A stretch of DNA of 64,000 bases from a virus, in IMG/VR virus record IMGVR_UViG_3300042882_000881, positions 1 to 64,000 of that record. One strand, 5' to 3'. A program made the translations under genes and the position numbers. The first letter of the stretch is position 1, and every line of letters begins with the position of its first letter. Shown here piece by piece: positions 1-9,891 of this stretch. The notes under the pieces were generated by a model that was given only the letters and a program-made list of their open reading frames with translations, did no database searches and was not told where the DNA came from.

Positions 1-70
1 TCTTATAGTAATTTAAATATCCCAATAGACGAGTCCTACACTACTGTTCAAAATCTAGAGATACTATAAT

Positions 71-1189
71 ATGGCAGATATTGATATAACATTTACTAAT
101 GGCTCAAGAGTATTTACTCCAACTAATCCACCATCAGCTCCTCAACTTGGAGACGTTAACAATGATGGCGAAATTGACATATTAGATGCTGGAGACGTTA
201 ACTCTTTTCAATTAACTGATATTAATAATGATGGAGTGATAGACTTATTAGATGCTGCTGAAATTTTAGCTCAAGGTCCAGGAGGAGTAACAACAACCGT
301 TCCTCCTCCAACCTTAACTCCCCCAAATCCATTTGAAAATCCAAAAACCTGTCCACCGGGCCAAACTTTGCAAATAATACCAATAGGTAATGGTCTAGTA
401 ACCACAGGATGTAATAGTATACCATCACTACCTCCTACGGAAGGAGTTGGTCCAGGTCCAGATGACAATCCTTTCTTTTGTCCAGAGGGAAAAGTAAGAG
501 GCTTTGGTCCTGATGCTGTAACTGGAGAATTGACATTTTTTAATTGTGTTTGTCCTGATGCTAGTGTTAATATTGCTGAAATAATCACTATTATAGGAGG
601 AGCTGGATATGGCGCAGCTAGAAAGTTTATCATCGGTAGATTAAGAGCAGATATTGCACAAGCATTAGCAAGAATAAATGAACTTATGCAAAATTTAGAA
701 AATATAATAAGTAGACAAAATGAATTAGACAATCTTATAAAACAATGGGATGAGTTTGTAAATGGAATAAATCAACAATTAAGAAATCTTTCTCCTTACG
801 ATCCAAATTATATTATTAAAAAGCAAGAGTATGAGGCTTCTCTGAGGAATTTATATAAATTACAACAAGAAGGTATTGATGCGAAAGCCCATGTGGATTA
901 TCTACATGATCTTAGTAAAACTAAAATTTCAAATTTAGAAAATAAGATAAGAGAATATGAAAACGCTATAAATTTAATACTTAACGCAATAGATCCATCG
1001 GCTATTATTACAGCTTTCTTAGGTTCTTTTTTACCAATTAATTTTATAGTTCCTAAATATTGTGGAGATTTTAGCAGATTAGATGATCAGTGTAATTGTG
1101 TTCCAATTTCCAGCGGATCATATTCATACTCTTCATTAACCAACGAATCATTTAAAAATAAACACTATACTATAATAGAAAACTTATGA
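71..1189 (+). CDS. Protein with N-terminal dockerin-like (Ca-binding DxNxDG) repeats, Pro/Cys-rich linker and coiled coil
   Basis: GDVNNDGEIDILDA and TDINNDGVIDLLDA repeats; CPEGK...CVC and LDDQCNC motifs shared with the next two ORFs. Confidence 0.7.
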   Translation: MADIDITFTNGSRVFTPTNPPSAPQLGDVNNDGEIDILDAGDVNSFQLTDINNDGVIDLLDAAEILAQGPGGVTTTVPPPTLTPPNPFENPKTCPPGQTLQIIPIGNGLVTTGCNSIPSLPPTEGVGPGPDDNPFFCPEGKVRGFGPDAVTGELTFFNCVCPDASVNIAEIITIIGGAGYGAARKFIIGRLRADIAQALARINELMQNLENIISRQNELDNLIKQWDEFVNGINQQLRNLSPYDPNYIIKKQEYEASLRNLYKLQQEGIDAKAHVDYLHDLSKTKISNLENKIREYENAINLILNAIDPSAIITAFLGSFLPINFIVPKYCGDFSRLDDQCNCVPISSGSYSYSSLTNESFKNKHYTIIENL

Positions 1190-2958
1190 CAAATTTTATA
1201 TACCAAAGCAAGATAAATAATACTATTAACAATACTGATACAGAAGCTTCATCTCAAGCAAATAGTCAAGATATATTAGGATCAGTTAATAAGCTAGATG
1301 TTTCATCATCTCCAGCTTTAACTAAATCTAATAACTATTTAAGAAGTTCAGTTAATACTATAGGAATTGAAACTATCACAAATCCAACATTTTTATGTGA
1401 TTTGTTAATGGCAGCTAAAAATTTGGAATGTAATAATCCACCAATAGCATGTCCAGAAGGAAAATCTCCAACATTTAATGCTGAAACAGGATCAATCTCT
1501 TGTGCATGTGCTAGTGATAAAAAAATCAACAATTCTGATAATCTAATAGATAAACTTACCAATAGTGAAGACTTGGTAAAAGTTCTCAGAGAATGTAACG
1601 ATACAATATATCAAAATATATTTATTGCCTGTTTAGGTCCAAGTTTTTTTCACGAACTTGATAGTGTTGGATCTCCAGAATTACATATAGATAAAGTGAT
1701 AAAAGATGCTATAGAAAATTATAAAAATAATATAAACAATACAAAGCCAGATGATTTATATAGAGAAATTGAAAGACTCAAAACTGCAATATACACAGCC
1801 TCTTCTGAGCCTAATCCGTCAGCCGAAGCCGCACTAGATCATTTAATGTCTAGAATAAACGAATGTAAAGAAGATACAGATCAAAATTGTATAGCAAAAA
1901 CATGGCCAAGTCCAACCACACTCAAAACAATTTTAGACAATGTTTCTTTACCAAAAACTTGTGAATCTCAACCAAAAAATAGTCCTGATTATACTGAAAC
2001 AATTGATAGCAAGGGATCAAAACTTAATGAAGAAACATGTGAATGTGAATGTGATGAAGGATATCAATATTGTTCATTAACTCAAGTCTGTACAAAATGT
2101 GTAGAGGGAGCTATTTTATACGAAAGACCACCCTCTTTCTTTTTTGAAACTGGGTATTGTGAATGTGATTGTTCTCCTAATAAGCAGACATATAAATTAC
2201 CAGATGGAACAACTAGTCCCTGTGTTGATCCTTGTCAAGAAGGATATGTTTTTTCAAAAGTGCCTTGCAATACCCCAGCTTCTGTTATAGAAAATCCAAC
2301 AACATCAGAATGTTATGGATGTATTTGTAAAAAAACTACTGGAACTTGGCCATTTAGTAAAACAGAAACTGTAACTGATAATTGTACAGAGATTGAAAAT
2401 TCAGAACCAAGACCAGAAAAAAATTGTGAATGTGACTGCAAAAGAGGAACAGTTAGACATGAAAATCCATACCGTGATAACCAATATGGCGATCTTTGGA
2501 AAGAAAAATATAGATGTGAACCGCCATGTGAACTAGGAACAACATATAGCTGGAATCATAGAAAATGTATAGAAAATGATTGTTATAAGAGATATCATGA
2601 TGACAATCCAAATAATCAACCTCCTTATGAGTGTGAAAATGGTAAAGAATTAGATGAAAATTGTAATTGCAATTGTCCAGCAGGAACAGTGTGGGTTCAA
2701 GGCTCTGGTAGCAATAATGGATCGTGCGACTGTCTTCCTGGTAAAAGCAAGATTTTTAATCCAAATAGACCAAATGTACCATCAATAAACCCTGTTTATG
2801 GTAAAGATTATGTTTGCGTCAATTGTGGACCAAATGAAGTATATAGCTGGGAACAAAAAAGGTGTATCCTAATAGCAAGTGGACCTAATAATAATTTAAG
2901 ATCTATTAATATAAATAGTTCCAATTTTAATATCATTAATAATATAGAGGTTTTATAA
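1186..2958 (+). CDS. Cys-rich CxCxC-repeat protein, paralog of 2958..4610
   Basis: LNEETCECEC, YCECDC, KNCECDC and LDENCNCNC motifs; ATGA overlap with the upstream gene. Confidence 0.75.
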   Translation: MTNFIYQSKINNTINNTDTEASSQANSQDILGSVNKLDVSSSPALTKSNNYLRSSVNTIGIETITNPTFLCDLLMAAKNLECNNPPIACPEGKSPTFNAETGSISCACASDKKINNSDNLIDKLTNSEDLVKVLRECNDTIYQNIFIACLGPSFFHELDSVGSPELHIDKVIKDAIENYKNNINNTKPDDLYREIERLKTAIYTASSEPNPSAEAALDHLMSRINECKEDTDQNCIAKTWPSPTTLKTILDNVSLPKTCESQPKNSPDYTETIDSKGSKLNEETCECECDEGYQYCSLTQVCTKCVEGAILYERPPSFFFETGYCECDCSPNKQTYKLPDGTTSPCVDPCQEGYVFSKVPCNTPASVIENPTTSECYGCICKKTTGTWPFSKTETVTDNCTEIENSEPRPEKNCECDCKRGTVRHENPYRDNQYGDLWKEKYRCEPPCELGTTYSWNHRKCIENDCYKRYHDDNPNNQPPYECENGKELDENCNCNCPAGTVWVQGSGSNNGSCDCLPGKSKIFNPNRPNVPSINPVYGKDYVCVNCGPNEVYSWEQKRCILIASGPNNNLRSININSSNFNIINNIEVL

Positions 2959-4610
2959 TGTCAGACTATATCCCATCATTCGTATATGGCAGCAAATTAA
3001 CATCTAATAAAGATACAGTTAATATAGAAAATCAAACTGTAAATTCTCAAGCTGATCAGTCTAATACCATGGGATCAGTAAATAAACAAATGTCTAGACA
3101 AGAAGTAGCAGTTCAACCCCCAAAATATTTTCCTCCATTAGATTATGGTAATATAAGCACAATAGTTGGAGGAGTTCTTTCTTCCGGATTAGCAACATAT
3201 CATGATATTTTAACAAATCCAGAATTTCAATGTTCATTAACAAGTTTAGCAGCTTCATTACAATGTGGTGGAAATTTACCAGAGTGTCCAGCTCCAAAAG
3301 ATATTTTAGCAGTAAAGCAAGAAGCTGGCGCTGATGGTAGAGTTTCTTGGTCAGTAGAATGTGGATGTGCAGATACTGAAGCTGATACTCAACAATTCAC
3401 ACCAGATCCCAATGATATTCTTAGTGTTCAGCTCGGAGCAGCAGATTGTCAAAGAAAAAATAGACAGAAAGCTTTTACTGAATGTCTTGATGGTATAGAC
3501 TTAGATAATATCCTTAAAGGATCTCCAGATTCTCCATGGAATGAATATGGAGAACTATTTACTAGAGCTATGAAAGAAATTCTTAATGATGAAAATATGG
3601 AGGCTGCTGAAAAAGAAAATGCTATAGCACAATTAATAATAATGATTGAAAATGCTATATTTTCAAATGGATGGGATGCTCATGATTCCTATATAGACTA
3701 TAGGTATGAACTCCTAGGACTTATGGATAATATTGATTCTTGTGTTAATCAGATCGAGGAAAATTGCTCGCTAAATACAATTCCAGCATCAGGTGTTATT
3801 AACTTAGTTCTTATGGGCATGTCAAGAAAGCCAGAAAAAACATGCAAAGGCGCAAAAACTTTAAATGATAATTGTGAATGTGTTTGTCCACCAGGCACTC
3901 AAGCTTGTCCAGGTACTGATGATTGTATAAATTGCATGGATGGAGCAGTTCTTGAGTCTAAATCAACTTTCTTTTTTGGAACTCCATATTGTGAATGTAA
4001 GTGTCCAGAAGGAACAGTAGAAACTTATATTGGCGATCCAAACGCAGTACAGATTCCTGAATATGCTGGAGGTCCAACAGAAGAAGAAAAGAAGGCAAAT
4101 CTATACGCTTGCTTACCACCATGTCCAGAAGGAATGGTTAGAGAAAAGGGTGGTGGTCCATGTGGATGTCGTAAAAATACTGGAAGTTGGTTATTTCCAA
4201 AATTTGAAATAGTACCAGCAAGTGGAGCCTGTGATTCAGCTCCTAATGGCACAATACTTGATGGATACACACCAGATCCAAAAAATAATTGCGAATGCGA
4301 ATGTAATAAACCTGGATATGAAGTTCATATTAATGGTCCTGACTCTGAGGGCATATACACACAAAGATGTAGAGAGCGTTGTCCAGAGGGTACCTTTTAT
4401 GACTGGGATTCTGATTCGTGTCTATGTATTGCTGGTCTACTCTACGGCCTACCTCCCTGTCCATCAGGCACAAGTAGAGGAAGGGATCCTAGTGATTGCA
4501 AGAGGTGCTCTAGTGGGTCATACTCTTATACTAACTTAACAGTATCAGAGTTAGCTAAAATAGCAAAGAACTTCAACTATTCATTAGACACATCAGTAGA
4601 TTTACTATAA
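2958..4610 (+). CDS. Cys-rich CxCxC-repeat protein, paralog of 1186..2958
   Basis: Collinear motifs SQA..GSVNK, TNPEFQC, FFFGTPYCECKC, CRKNTGSW, KNNCECEC; GAGG RBS upstream. Confidence 0.75.
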   Translation: MSDYIPSFVYGSKLTSNKDTVNIENQTVNSQADQSNTMGSVNKQMSRQEVAVQPPKYFPPLDYGNISTIVGGVLSSGLATYHDILTNPEFQCSLTSLAASLQCGGNLPECPAPKDILAVKQEAGADGRVSWSVECGCADTEADTQQFTPDPNDILSVQLGAADCQRKNRQKAFTECLDGIDLDNILKGSPDSPWNEYGELFTRAMKEILNDENMEAAEKENAIAQLIIMIENAIFSNGWDAHDSYIDYRYELLGLMDNIDSCVNQIEENCSLNTIPASGVINLVLMGMSRKPEKTCKGAKTLNDNCECVCPPGTQACPGTDDCINCMDGAVLESKSTFFFGTPYCECKCPEGTVETYIGDPNAVQIPEYAGGPTEEEKKANLYACLPPCPEGMVREKGGGPCGCRKNTGSWLFPKFEIVPASGACDSAPNGTILDGYTPDPKNNCECECNKPGYEVHINGPDSEGIYTQRCRERCPEGTFYDWDSDSCLCIAGLLYGLPPCPSGTSRGRDPSDCKRCSSGSYSYTNLTVSELAKIAKNFNYSLDTSVDLL

Positions 4611-4616
4611 GATAAT

Positions 4617-4670
4617 AAAAAACCCGGCTGTAGCAAGAGGTAACATTCTTACTACAGACCGGGAATTTAT
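4617..4670. terminator. Intrinsic terminator between convergent genes, probably bidirectional
   Basis: Stem CCCGG-CTGTAGCAAGA / TCTTACTACAG-A-CCGGG, with an A-tract on the left and a T-rich tract on the right. Confidence 0.8.
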
Positions 4671-4672
4671 TT

Positions 4673-4882
4673 TCAGCTATTAACTATAGCCTTATTCTTC
4701 TTTGGGCGACCACGTTGCTTAACAACACCAAGCTTTCGGCGCTGTCTTCTGATCATACCATATGTAATATTACTACCAGTAATTTGACTTAATTTTGATG
4801 CAATCTCATGGTCGCTACTTGTAGAGATATTATCATTAATAAACTGTAGTTCTGATTGATTCCACTTCTTATAAGTTGCCAT
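4673..4882 (-). CDS. Small HTH/Myb-like DNA-binding protein with basic tail
   Basis: KKWNQSELQFINDN..DHEIASKL..IRRQRRKLG and RGRP; AGGAG RBS; own promoter and terminator. Confidence 0.7.
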   Translation of the reverse strand: MATYKKWNQSELQFINDNISTSSDHEIASKLSQITGSNITYGMIRRQRRKLGVVKQRGRPKKNKAIVNS

Positions 4883-4920
4883 TTCTTTTCTCCTGAGTAC
4901 AATAATTAGCCATCAGATTT

Positions 4921-4948
4921 ATAGTATTCTAATTTTTTAAATGGTCAA
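4921..4948 (-). promoter_or_regulatory. Sigma70-like promoter for 4673..4882
   Basis: Minus strand reads TTGACC-16 nt-TACTAT about 40 nt upstream of the ATG. Confidence 0.6.
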
Positions 4949-4950
4949 GT

Positions 4951-5586
4951 ATGAAAATCACAAGCTGCTCTTATATTAACATGGATCACAGAATAGATAA
5001 AAAAGTAAATATGTTAATACAGCTTAATAAGTGTCCATTATATATACCAATATTTAGATTTAGTGGATTAAATATAGATAATTATACTGATTATCCAGTT
5101 CATAATTATATTCAAACAGGCTCTCAAATGCATAAAGGAGTAATAGGATGCTGGTTTGCTCATAAAAATTTAATTAAAAACTTTTTAGATGACTATAATA
5201 ATGAAGGATGGACTCTTATTTTGGAAGATGATGTTATTATTGATCCGTCCTTTTGGCCATATTTAGAATCACTATGTCCTATTGACGATAGCGATATGAT
5301 ATTTTTTGACACATGTAACGTATTAATTGATGAAAAATTTATAATAGATAAAACTTTAAATATATATAATATATATACAAGTTTTCCAGTATTTGTTGGA
5401 ACTCATTGTTATGCTATTCGTAATAGTTCTTTAAATAAAGTGTACAACATTTTAGACGGTGTAACAACATTTAAAGATATTGATGGTTATTATTTTGGTA
5501 ATAATGAAATTATTAAATATAATTATCAAAGTGGATTAATAAAGATTAATTATAAGTTCCAATCAGATAGACTAACACCATTATAG
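4951..5586 (+). CDS. Glycosyltransferase family 25
   Basis: YINMDHRIDK, GCWFAH, LILEDD, GTHCYAI motifs. Confidence 0.85.
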   Translation: MKITSCSYINMDHRIDKKVNMLIQLNKCPLYIPIFRFSGLNIDNYTDYPVHNYIQTGSQMHKGVIGCWFAHKNLIKNFLDDYNNEGWTLILEDDVIIDPSFWPYLESLCPIDDSDMIFFDTCNVLIDEKFIIDKTLNIYNIYTSFPVFVGTHCYAIRNSSLNKVYNILDGVTTFKDIDGYYFGNNEIIKYNYQSGLIKINYKFQSDRLTPL

Positions 5587-5598
5587 AGAGTAAAATAA

Positions 5599-5748
5599 AT
5601 GAAAACAAAAACAGTATCATCAATACTAGATGTTATTGAGCCCAAAAATCTTGATGTCTCAAAAGATTTGCAGAAGGATGAAAAAACATCAGCATCAATA
5701 AAGGAATTATTTGAAGAAAAGACTAATGAGCAAAAAGAAAAAAACTGA
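5599..5748 (+). CDS. Small hypothetical protein (49 aa, MKTKTVSSILDV...), not in the ORF track
   Basis: Open frame read by hand; fills the gap and overlaps the start of the sigma gene. Confidence 0.55.
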   Translation: MKTKTVSSILDVIEPKNLDVSKDLQKDEKTSASIKELFEEKTNEQKEKN

Positions 5749-6355
5749 GTTTCAAAAAAAGTATGGGATAACAGAAGAAGATTTTGTAGAAGTAACTAAA
5801 AAGATAACACAAAAATTAAGCTATAAATTTAAATTTGGATACCATGAAGTTGAGGACATGAGACAACAAGCAACAATTTTTGCTTTGGAGGCATTAGAAA
5901 GATATGATAATGCCAGACCATTAGAAAACTTTCTTTGGACACATGTTAGAAACAGACTTTTTAATTATAAAAGAGATAACTATCAACGACCAGATAAGCC
6001 ATGCTTGTCATGTCCATTATATGATCCAAAATTTAATTGTTCATTAAGTGGATGTAAAGACTTTAGTAACAAAAATGATTGTGATTTATATAGACAATGG
6101 GAAGAACGAAATAATCGTAAAAAAAATCTAATACAAATGTCAGGACAAATGCATGAGGAAACAGTAAAAGACGATAAGGATTTTTTAGATGGAATATCTA
6201 ATCAAGAAATTATGGAGCTATTAGATACAAAACTAAGTTATCAATATAGAGAAATATATTTAAAAATTAAAAATGGTGAAAAAGTATTATCCGCAGATAT
6301 TAGTAAATTAAAAAAAGAAATATTAAAAATAATAAATTATGAATCCGATACCTAA
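5726..6355 (+). CDS. Phage RNA polymerase sigma factor (sigma70 region 2 plus reduced region 4) with a Cys-rich insert
   Basis: EDMRQQATIFALEALERYD...FLWTHVRNRLFNYKR matches region 2; LSYQYREIY is region 4-like; ATG at 5726 preferred to TTG at 5711. Confidence 0.75.
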   Translation: MSKKKKTEFQKKYGITEEDFVEVTKKITQKLSYKFKFGYHEVEDMRQQATIFALEALERYDNARPLENFLWTHVRNRLFNYKRDNYQRPDKPCLSCPLYDPKFNCSLSGCKDFSNKNDCDLYRQWEERNNRKKNLIQMSGQMHEETVKDDKDFLDGISNQEIMELLDTKLSYQYREIYLKIKNGEKVLSADISKLKKEILKIINYESDT

Positions 6356-7154
6356 AAAACGTGGACAGCTTAGCTTAGAAGAAGAAAAATTTATCACAGA
6401 TAATATAGACAAATTATCTATAGAAGAAATAGCTAATAGTTTAAATCGTAATACTAATCCTATAGAAAGATATATTAAAGAAAAAAAATTATTATTAACA
6501 GATAAAGAAGAAGCTAATGACTATGAGTTACTTAAAATTAAATTACACAGTAAGCCATTCTGGTCAGAAATATTAAGACAGTTTGATGAAGATAGTGGTG
6601 AATTAAAATATTTCGAAGATACATGGGTTGGTTTATTAAAGCAGTTCAGAGAAGATGTACTACCAGCAGAAGAACTACAGATTAAACAATTCATAACAAT
6701 AGATATTCTCATTAATCGTAGTATGAAAGAAAGAAAACGACATATCACTGAAACTGAAAAGCTTCAGAGACTTGTTGATAAAGAATATGAGAAAACAGAA
6801 ACTGAAAGAGATATTCCTAAATTAGCTAATTTAGAGACGCAATTAAGTTTTGCTCGTAATAGCATTGCTAGTTATACGAATGAATATACTAAATTACTTA
6901 ACGAGCAACAAAAAATTAGTAAAGATCTTAAAGCCACAAGAGAACAGCGAATAAAAAGGATTGAAGATGGAAAAAGCTCATGGGTCGGAATGATTCGTAT
7001 GTTAGAAGACGAAGAGATTAGAGAACAAGAAGGTCGCCAAATGGAGATTATCAAATTAGCAACAGAAAAATCTAAACAAAAATTAGGAGAATATCATAAT
7101 TATCAAGACAATTCTGTTGATATGCCATTCTTAACACCGGATACCGTTAAATGA
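6339..7154 (+). CDS. HTH plus coiled-coil protein, possible terminase small subunit
   Basis: N-terminal HTH (LSLEEEKFI..SIEEIANSLNR), helical body, position upstream of TerL. Confidence 0.45.
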   Translation: MNPIPKKRGQLSLEEEKFITDNIDKLSIEEIANSLNRNTNPIERYIKEKKLLLTDKEEANDYELLKIKLHSKPFWSEILRQFDEDSGELKYFEDTWVGLLKQFREDVLPAEELQIKQFITIDILINRSMKERKRHITETEKLQRLVDKEYEKTETERDIPKLANLETQLSFARNSIASYTNEYTKLLNEQQKISKDLKATREQRIKRIEDGKSSWVGMIRMLEDEEIREQEGRQMEIIKLATEKSKQKLGEYHNYQDNSVDMPFLTPDTVK

Positions 7155-7423
7155 GAAATTATCAAGATCCAGAATATAAAAAATGGAGACAGAATGTTTA
7201 TTCAAGAGATAACCATAAATGTCAATGGCCCAATTGCTCATATACAGGAAAAAAGATAAATGCTCACCATATTAAAAAATGGAGCGAATACCCAGGATTA
7301 AGATTTCATCCCTCAAATGGAATTACTCTCTGCTATAATCATCATAAATTAATTAAAGATAATGAGAGTAGTTATGAATTATTTTTTCTCAAATTGGTAG
7401 CACAAAAAAATGAACTATCCTGA
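7151..7423 (+). CDS. HNH endonuclease (packaging-associated type)
   Basis: RDNHKCQWPNC...AHHI...NGITLCYNHH. Confidence 0.92.
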   Translation: MRNYQDPEYKKWRQNVYSRDNHKCQWPNCSYTGKKINAHHIKKWSEYPGLRFHPSNGITLCYNHHKLIKDNESSYELFFLKLVAQKNELS

Positions 7424-7886
7424 TTTTACAGTAATAATAGACACTAGGGAACAAAACCCCTGGGAACTTAGACATTATACAAAAGCTAATAAAAAGCTAG
7501 ACACCGGAGACTATTCCATAGAAGGTTATGAGGATATTCTATGTATAGAGAGAAAGTATAGCATATCTGAATTTGCCAATAATATGGGAGAAAAAAGATT
7601 TACTAATGTTTTAGAACGCATGAGTAAATATAAATATTCTTATATGATAATGGAGTTTGATTTTGAAGATATACTTAACTTTCCAATAGGCACAGACATA
7701 CCAAAAAGAGTTTGGGATAAACTAAGAATCTCTCCAGCATATATAATTAAATATATTACAGACATCCAGATGTTATATAATGTACATATACTTTTCTGCG
7801 GATCTCCAACTGGTGCTGAAAAAATGGCATTGTCAATCATGAGAAGGGTTATAGAATATAATGCAAAAAAACAAGACCCAATTTGA
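7410..7886 (+). CDS. ERCC4-domain nuclease
   Basis: IIDTREQ, LDTGDYS and IERK motifs. Confidence 0.88.
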   Translation: MNYPDFTVIIDTREQNPWELRHYTKANKKLDTGDYSIEGYEDILCIERKYSISEFANNMGEKRFTNVLERMSKYKYSYMIMEFDFEDILNFPIGTDIPKRVWDKLRISPAYIIKYITDIQMLYNVHILFCGSPTGAEKMALSIMRRVIEYNAKKQDPI

Positions 7887-9891
7887 TGATGCCTGGTTAG
7901 GACTAGGAGATCTAGACAAGATAATAATACCCTCTAACCCCATGATCCATAGATCTAAGTTAGAGATTGAGAACCCAGATTTACATCTGCTAAAAATAAT
8001 AAGAAATCCAGAGTATTTTGGAGCAACATGTAAATTACTTTTTAATATAGAACTACATCCAATACAAATAGCTATTTTACAAGAATTTTGGATAAGACCA
8101 TTTCCAATGTTTATAGCTAGTCGTGGTTTTGGTAAAAGCTTTTTAATGTCTTTATATTGTGTTCTAAGAGCAATATTAGTACCAGGAACTAAAATCGTTG
8201 TAGTTGGTGCCGCCTTTAGACAGAGTAAAGTTATCTTTGAATATATGGAAACTATATGGAGAAATAGTCCAATATTAAGAAGTATTTATAGTGGCAATGA
8301 TGATGGGCCAAGACGAGATGTTGATAGATGCACACTACGGCTTGGCGAAAGTTGGGTTATGGCTATCCCAATGGGTGATGGTAGTAAAATTAGAGGTCTC
8401 AGAGCACACATAATTATTGCTGACGAATTTGCATCCATAAGTCCAGATATTTACGAGACAGTAGTTTCTGGTTTCGCTGCTGTTAGTGCTACGCCTATAC
8501 AAAACGTAAAAGAACAAGCTAAAAAACAAGCTATGATTGAGGCAGGATTATGGAGCGATGAATTGGAGGCATTAGAGTTAAAAAAGGGAAATCAGGCTAT
8601 TATTTCTGGTACTGCTGATTATGCATTTAAACATTTTGCTCAGTATTGGAATAGATATAAATCTATTATTAATAGTAAAGGAGATAAGAAAGCTCTTGAA
8701 GAACTTTTCAAAGGTGAAGTGCCTGAAAATTTTAATTGGAAAGATTATAGCATTATACGAATACCGTATGAACTTATACCAAAAGGATTCATGGATGATA
8801 GACAGGTAGCAAGAGCTAAAGCTACAATTCATAGTGGTATTTATAATATGGAATATGCAGCTTGTTTTACTGCTGACAGTAATGGTTTCTTTAAAAGAAG
8901 TTTAATTGAAAGTTGTGTAACTTCTGATGCTAATCCAGTTATTCTTCCAGAAGTCGGCCCAGTTGTTTTCGACGCTACTACTTCTGGTAAGACAGATAAG
9001 CAATATGTTTATGGTATTGACCCTGCTAGTGAACAAGATAATTTCAGTATAGTTGTATTAGAAATTAATAAAAATCATAATAGAGTAGTATATTGTTGGA
9101 CAACAAATAGAACTAACTTTAAAGAAAGACAAAAGGCTGGCTTAGTTGATGAATTTGATTTCTATAGATTTTGTGCAAGAAAAATAAGAAATCTTATGAA
9201 AGCTTTTCCTTGTGCTAGAATAGGAATGGATGCTCAGGGAGGTGGTATAGCAATAGAAGAAGCTTTGCATGATCCATCAAAACTAGAACAAGGTGAAGTT
9301 CCAATTTGGCCAGTTATAGATTATGATAAGCCAAAAGATACTGACGATCAACACGGATTGCATGTTCTAGAACTGGTTCAATTTGCTAAGGCTGAATGGA
9401 CAGCTCAGGCTAACCACGGACTAAGAAAAGATCTTGAAGATAAAGCTTTATTATTTCCAAGATTTGATGGACTATCATTAGGTTTAGCTGCTAATAAAGA
9501 TGGTATGAATATAGAAAATATTGATTTAGATAGTAATCTTTATGATAGTTTAAGCGAATGCATATTAGAGATTGAAGAATTAAAGAATGAATTAACCACA
9601 ATAGTTATGACACAAACTAGCACCGGACCAAATGCTAGAGATAGATGGGATACTCCAGAATTAAAATTACCTAATGGTAAAAAGGGAAGATTAAGAAAAG
9701 ACCGATATAGTTCACTTGTTATAGCCAACATGCTTGCTAGACAAATGAATAGAATTTTAATAGGACCAAGCTATGATATAGTTGGTGGTAATTTACATAC
9801 CATAACCAAACAAGATGGCGAAATGTACAAGGGTCCAGAATGGTTTACATCCGGAGCTAACGACGCAAATTATTTAGGAGTATATAGATGA
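7861..9891 (+). CDS. terL: Terminase large subunit
   Basis: Walker A ASRGFGKS, RGLRAHIIIADE (Walker B), nuclease GIDPA and a C-terminal KDRYS. Confidence 0.93.
   Translation: MQKNKTQFDDAWLGLGDLDKIIIPSNPMIHRSKLEIENPDLHLLKIIRNPEYFGATCKLLFNIELHPIQIAILQEFWIRPFPMFIASRGFGKSFLMSLYCVLRAILVPGTKIVVVGAAFRQSKVIFEYMETIWRNSPILRSIYSGNDDGPRRDVDRCTLRLGESWVMAIPMGDGSKIRGLRAHIIIADEFASISPDIYETVVSGFAAVSATPIQNVKEQAKKQAMIEAGLWSDELEALELKKGNQAIISGTADYAFKHFAQYWNRYKSIINSKGDKKALEELFKGEVPENFNWKDYSIIRIPYELIPKGFMDDRQVARAKATIHSGIYNMEYAACFTADSNGFFKRSLIESCVTSDANPVILPEVGPVVFDATTSGKTDKQYVYGIDPASEQDNFSIVVLEINKNHNRVVYCWTTNRTNFKERQKAGLVDEFDFYRFCARKIRNLMKAFPCARIGMDAQGGGIAIEEALHDPSKLEQGEVPIWPVIDYDKPKDTDDQHGLHVLELVQFAKAEWTAQANHGLRKDLEDKALLFPRFDGLSLGLAANKDGMNIENIDLDSNLYDSLSECILEIEELKNELTTIVMTQTSTGPNARDRWDTPELKLPNGKKGRLRKDRYSSLVIANMLARQMNRILIGPSYDIVGGNLHTITKQDGEMYKGPEWFTSGANDANYLGVYR

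Noticed and set aside
1090-2867. GTGTAW at 1090 and 2862, each 96 nt before the next gene
   Set aside because: Both coincide with TGT Cys codons in Cys-rich genes and are farther from the start than the other copies. Coding hits at 11875, 19112, 32036 and 34369 were also set aside.
71-4610. Eukaryotic or giant-virus origin of the Cys-rich genes
   Set aside because: They are intronless, translationally coupled, have bacterial-type RBSs and match the composition of the flanking phage genes.
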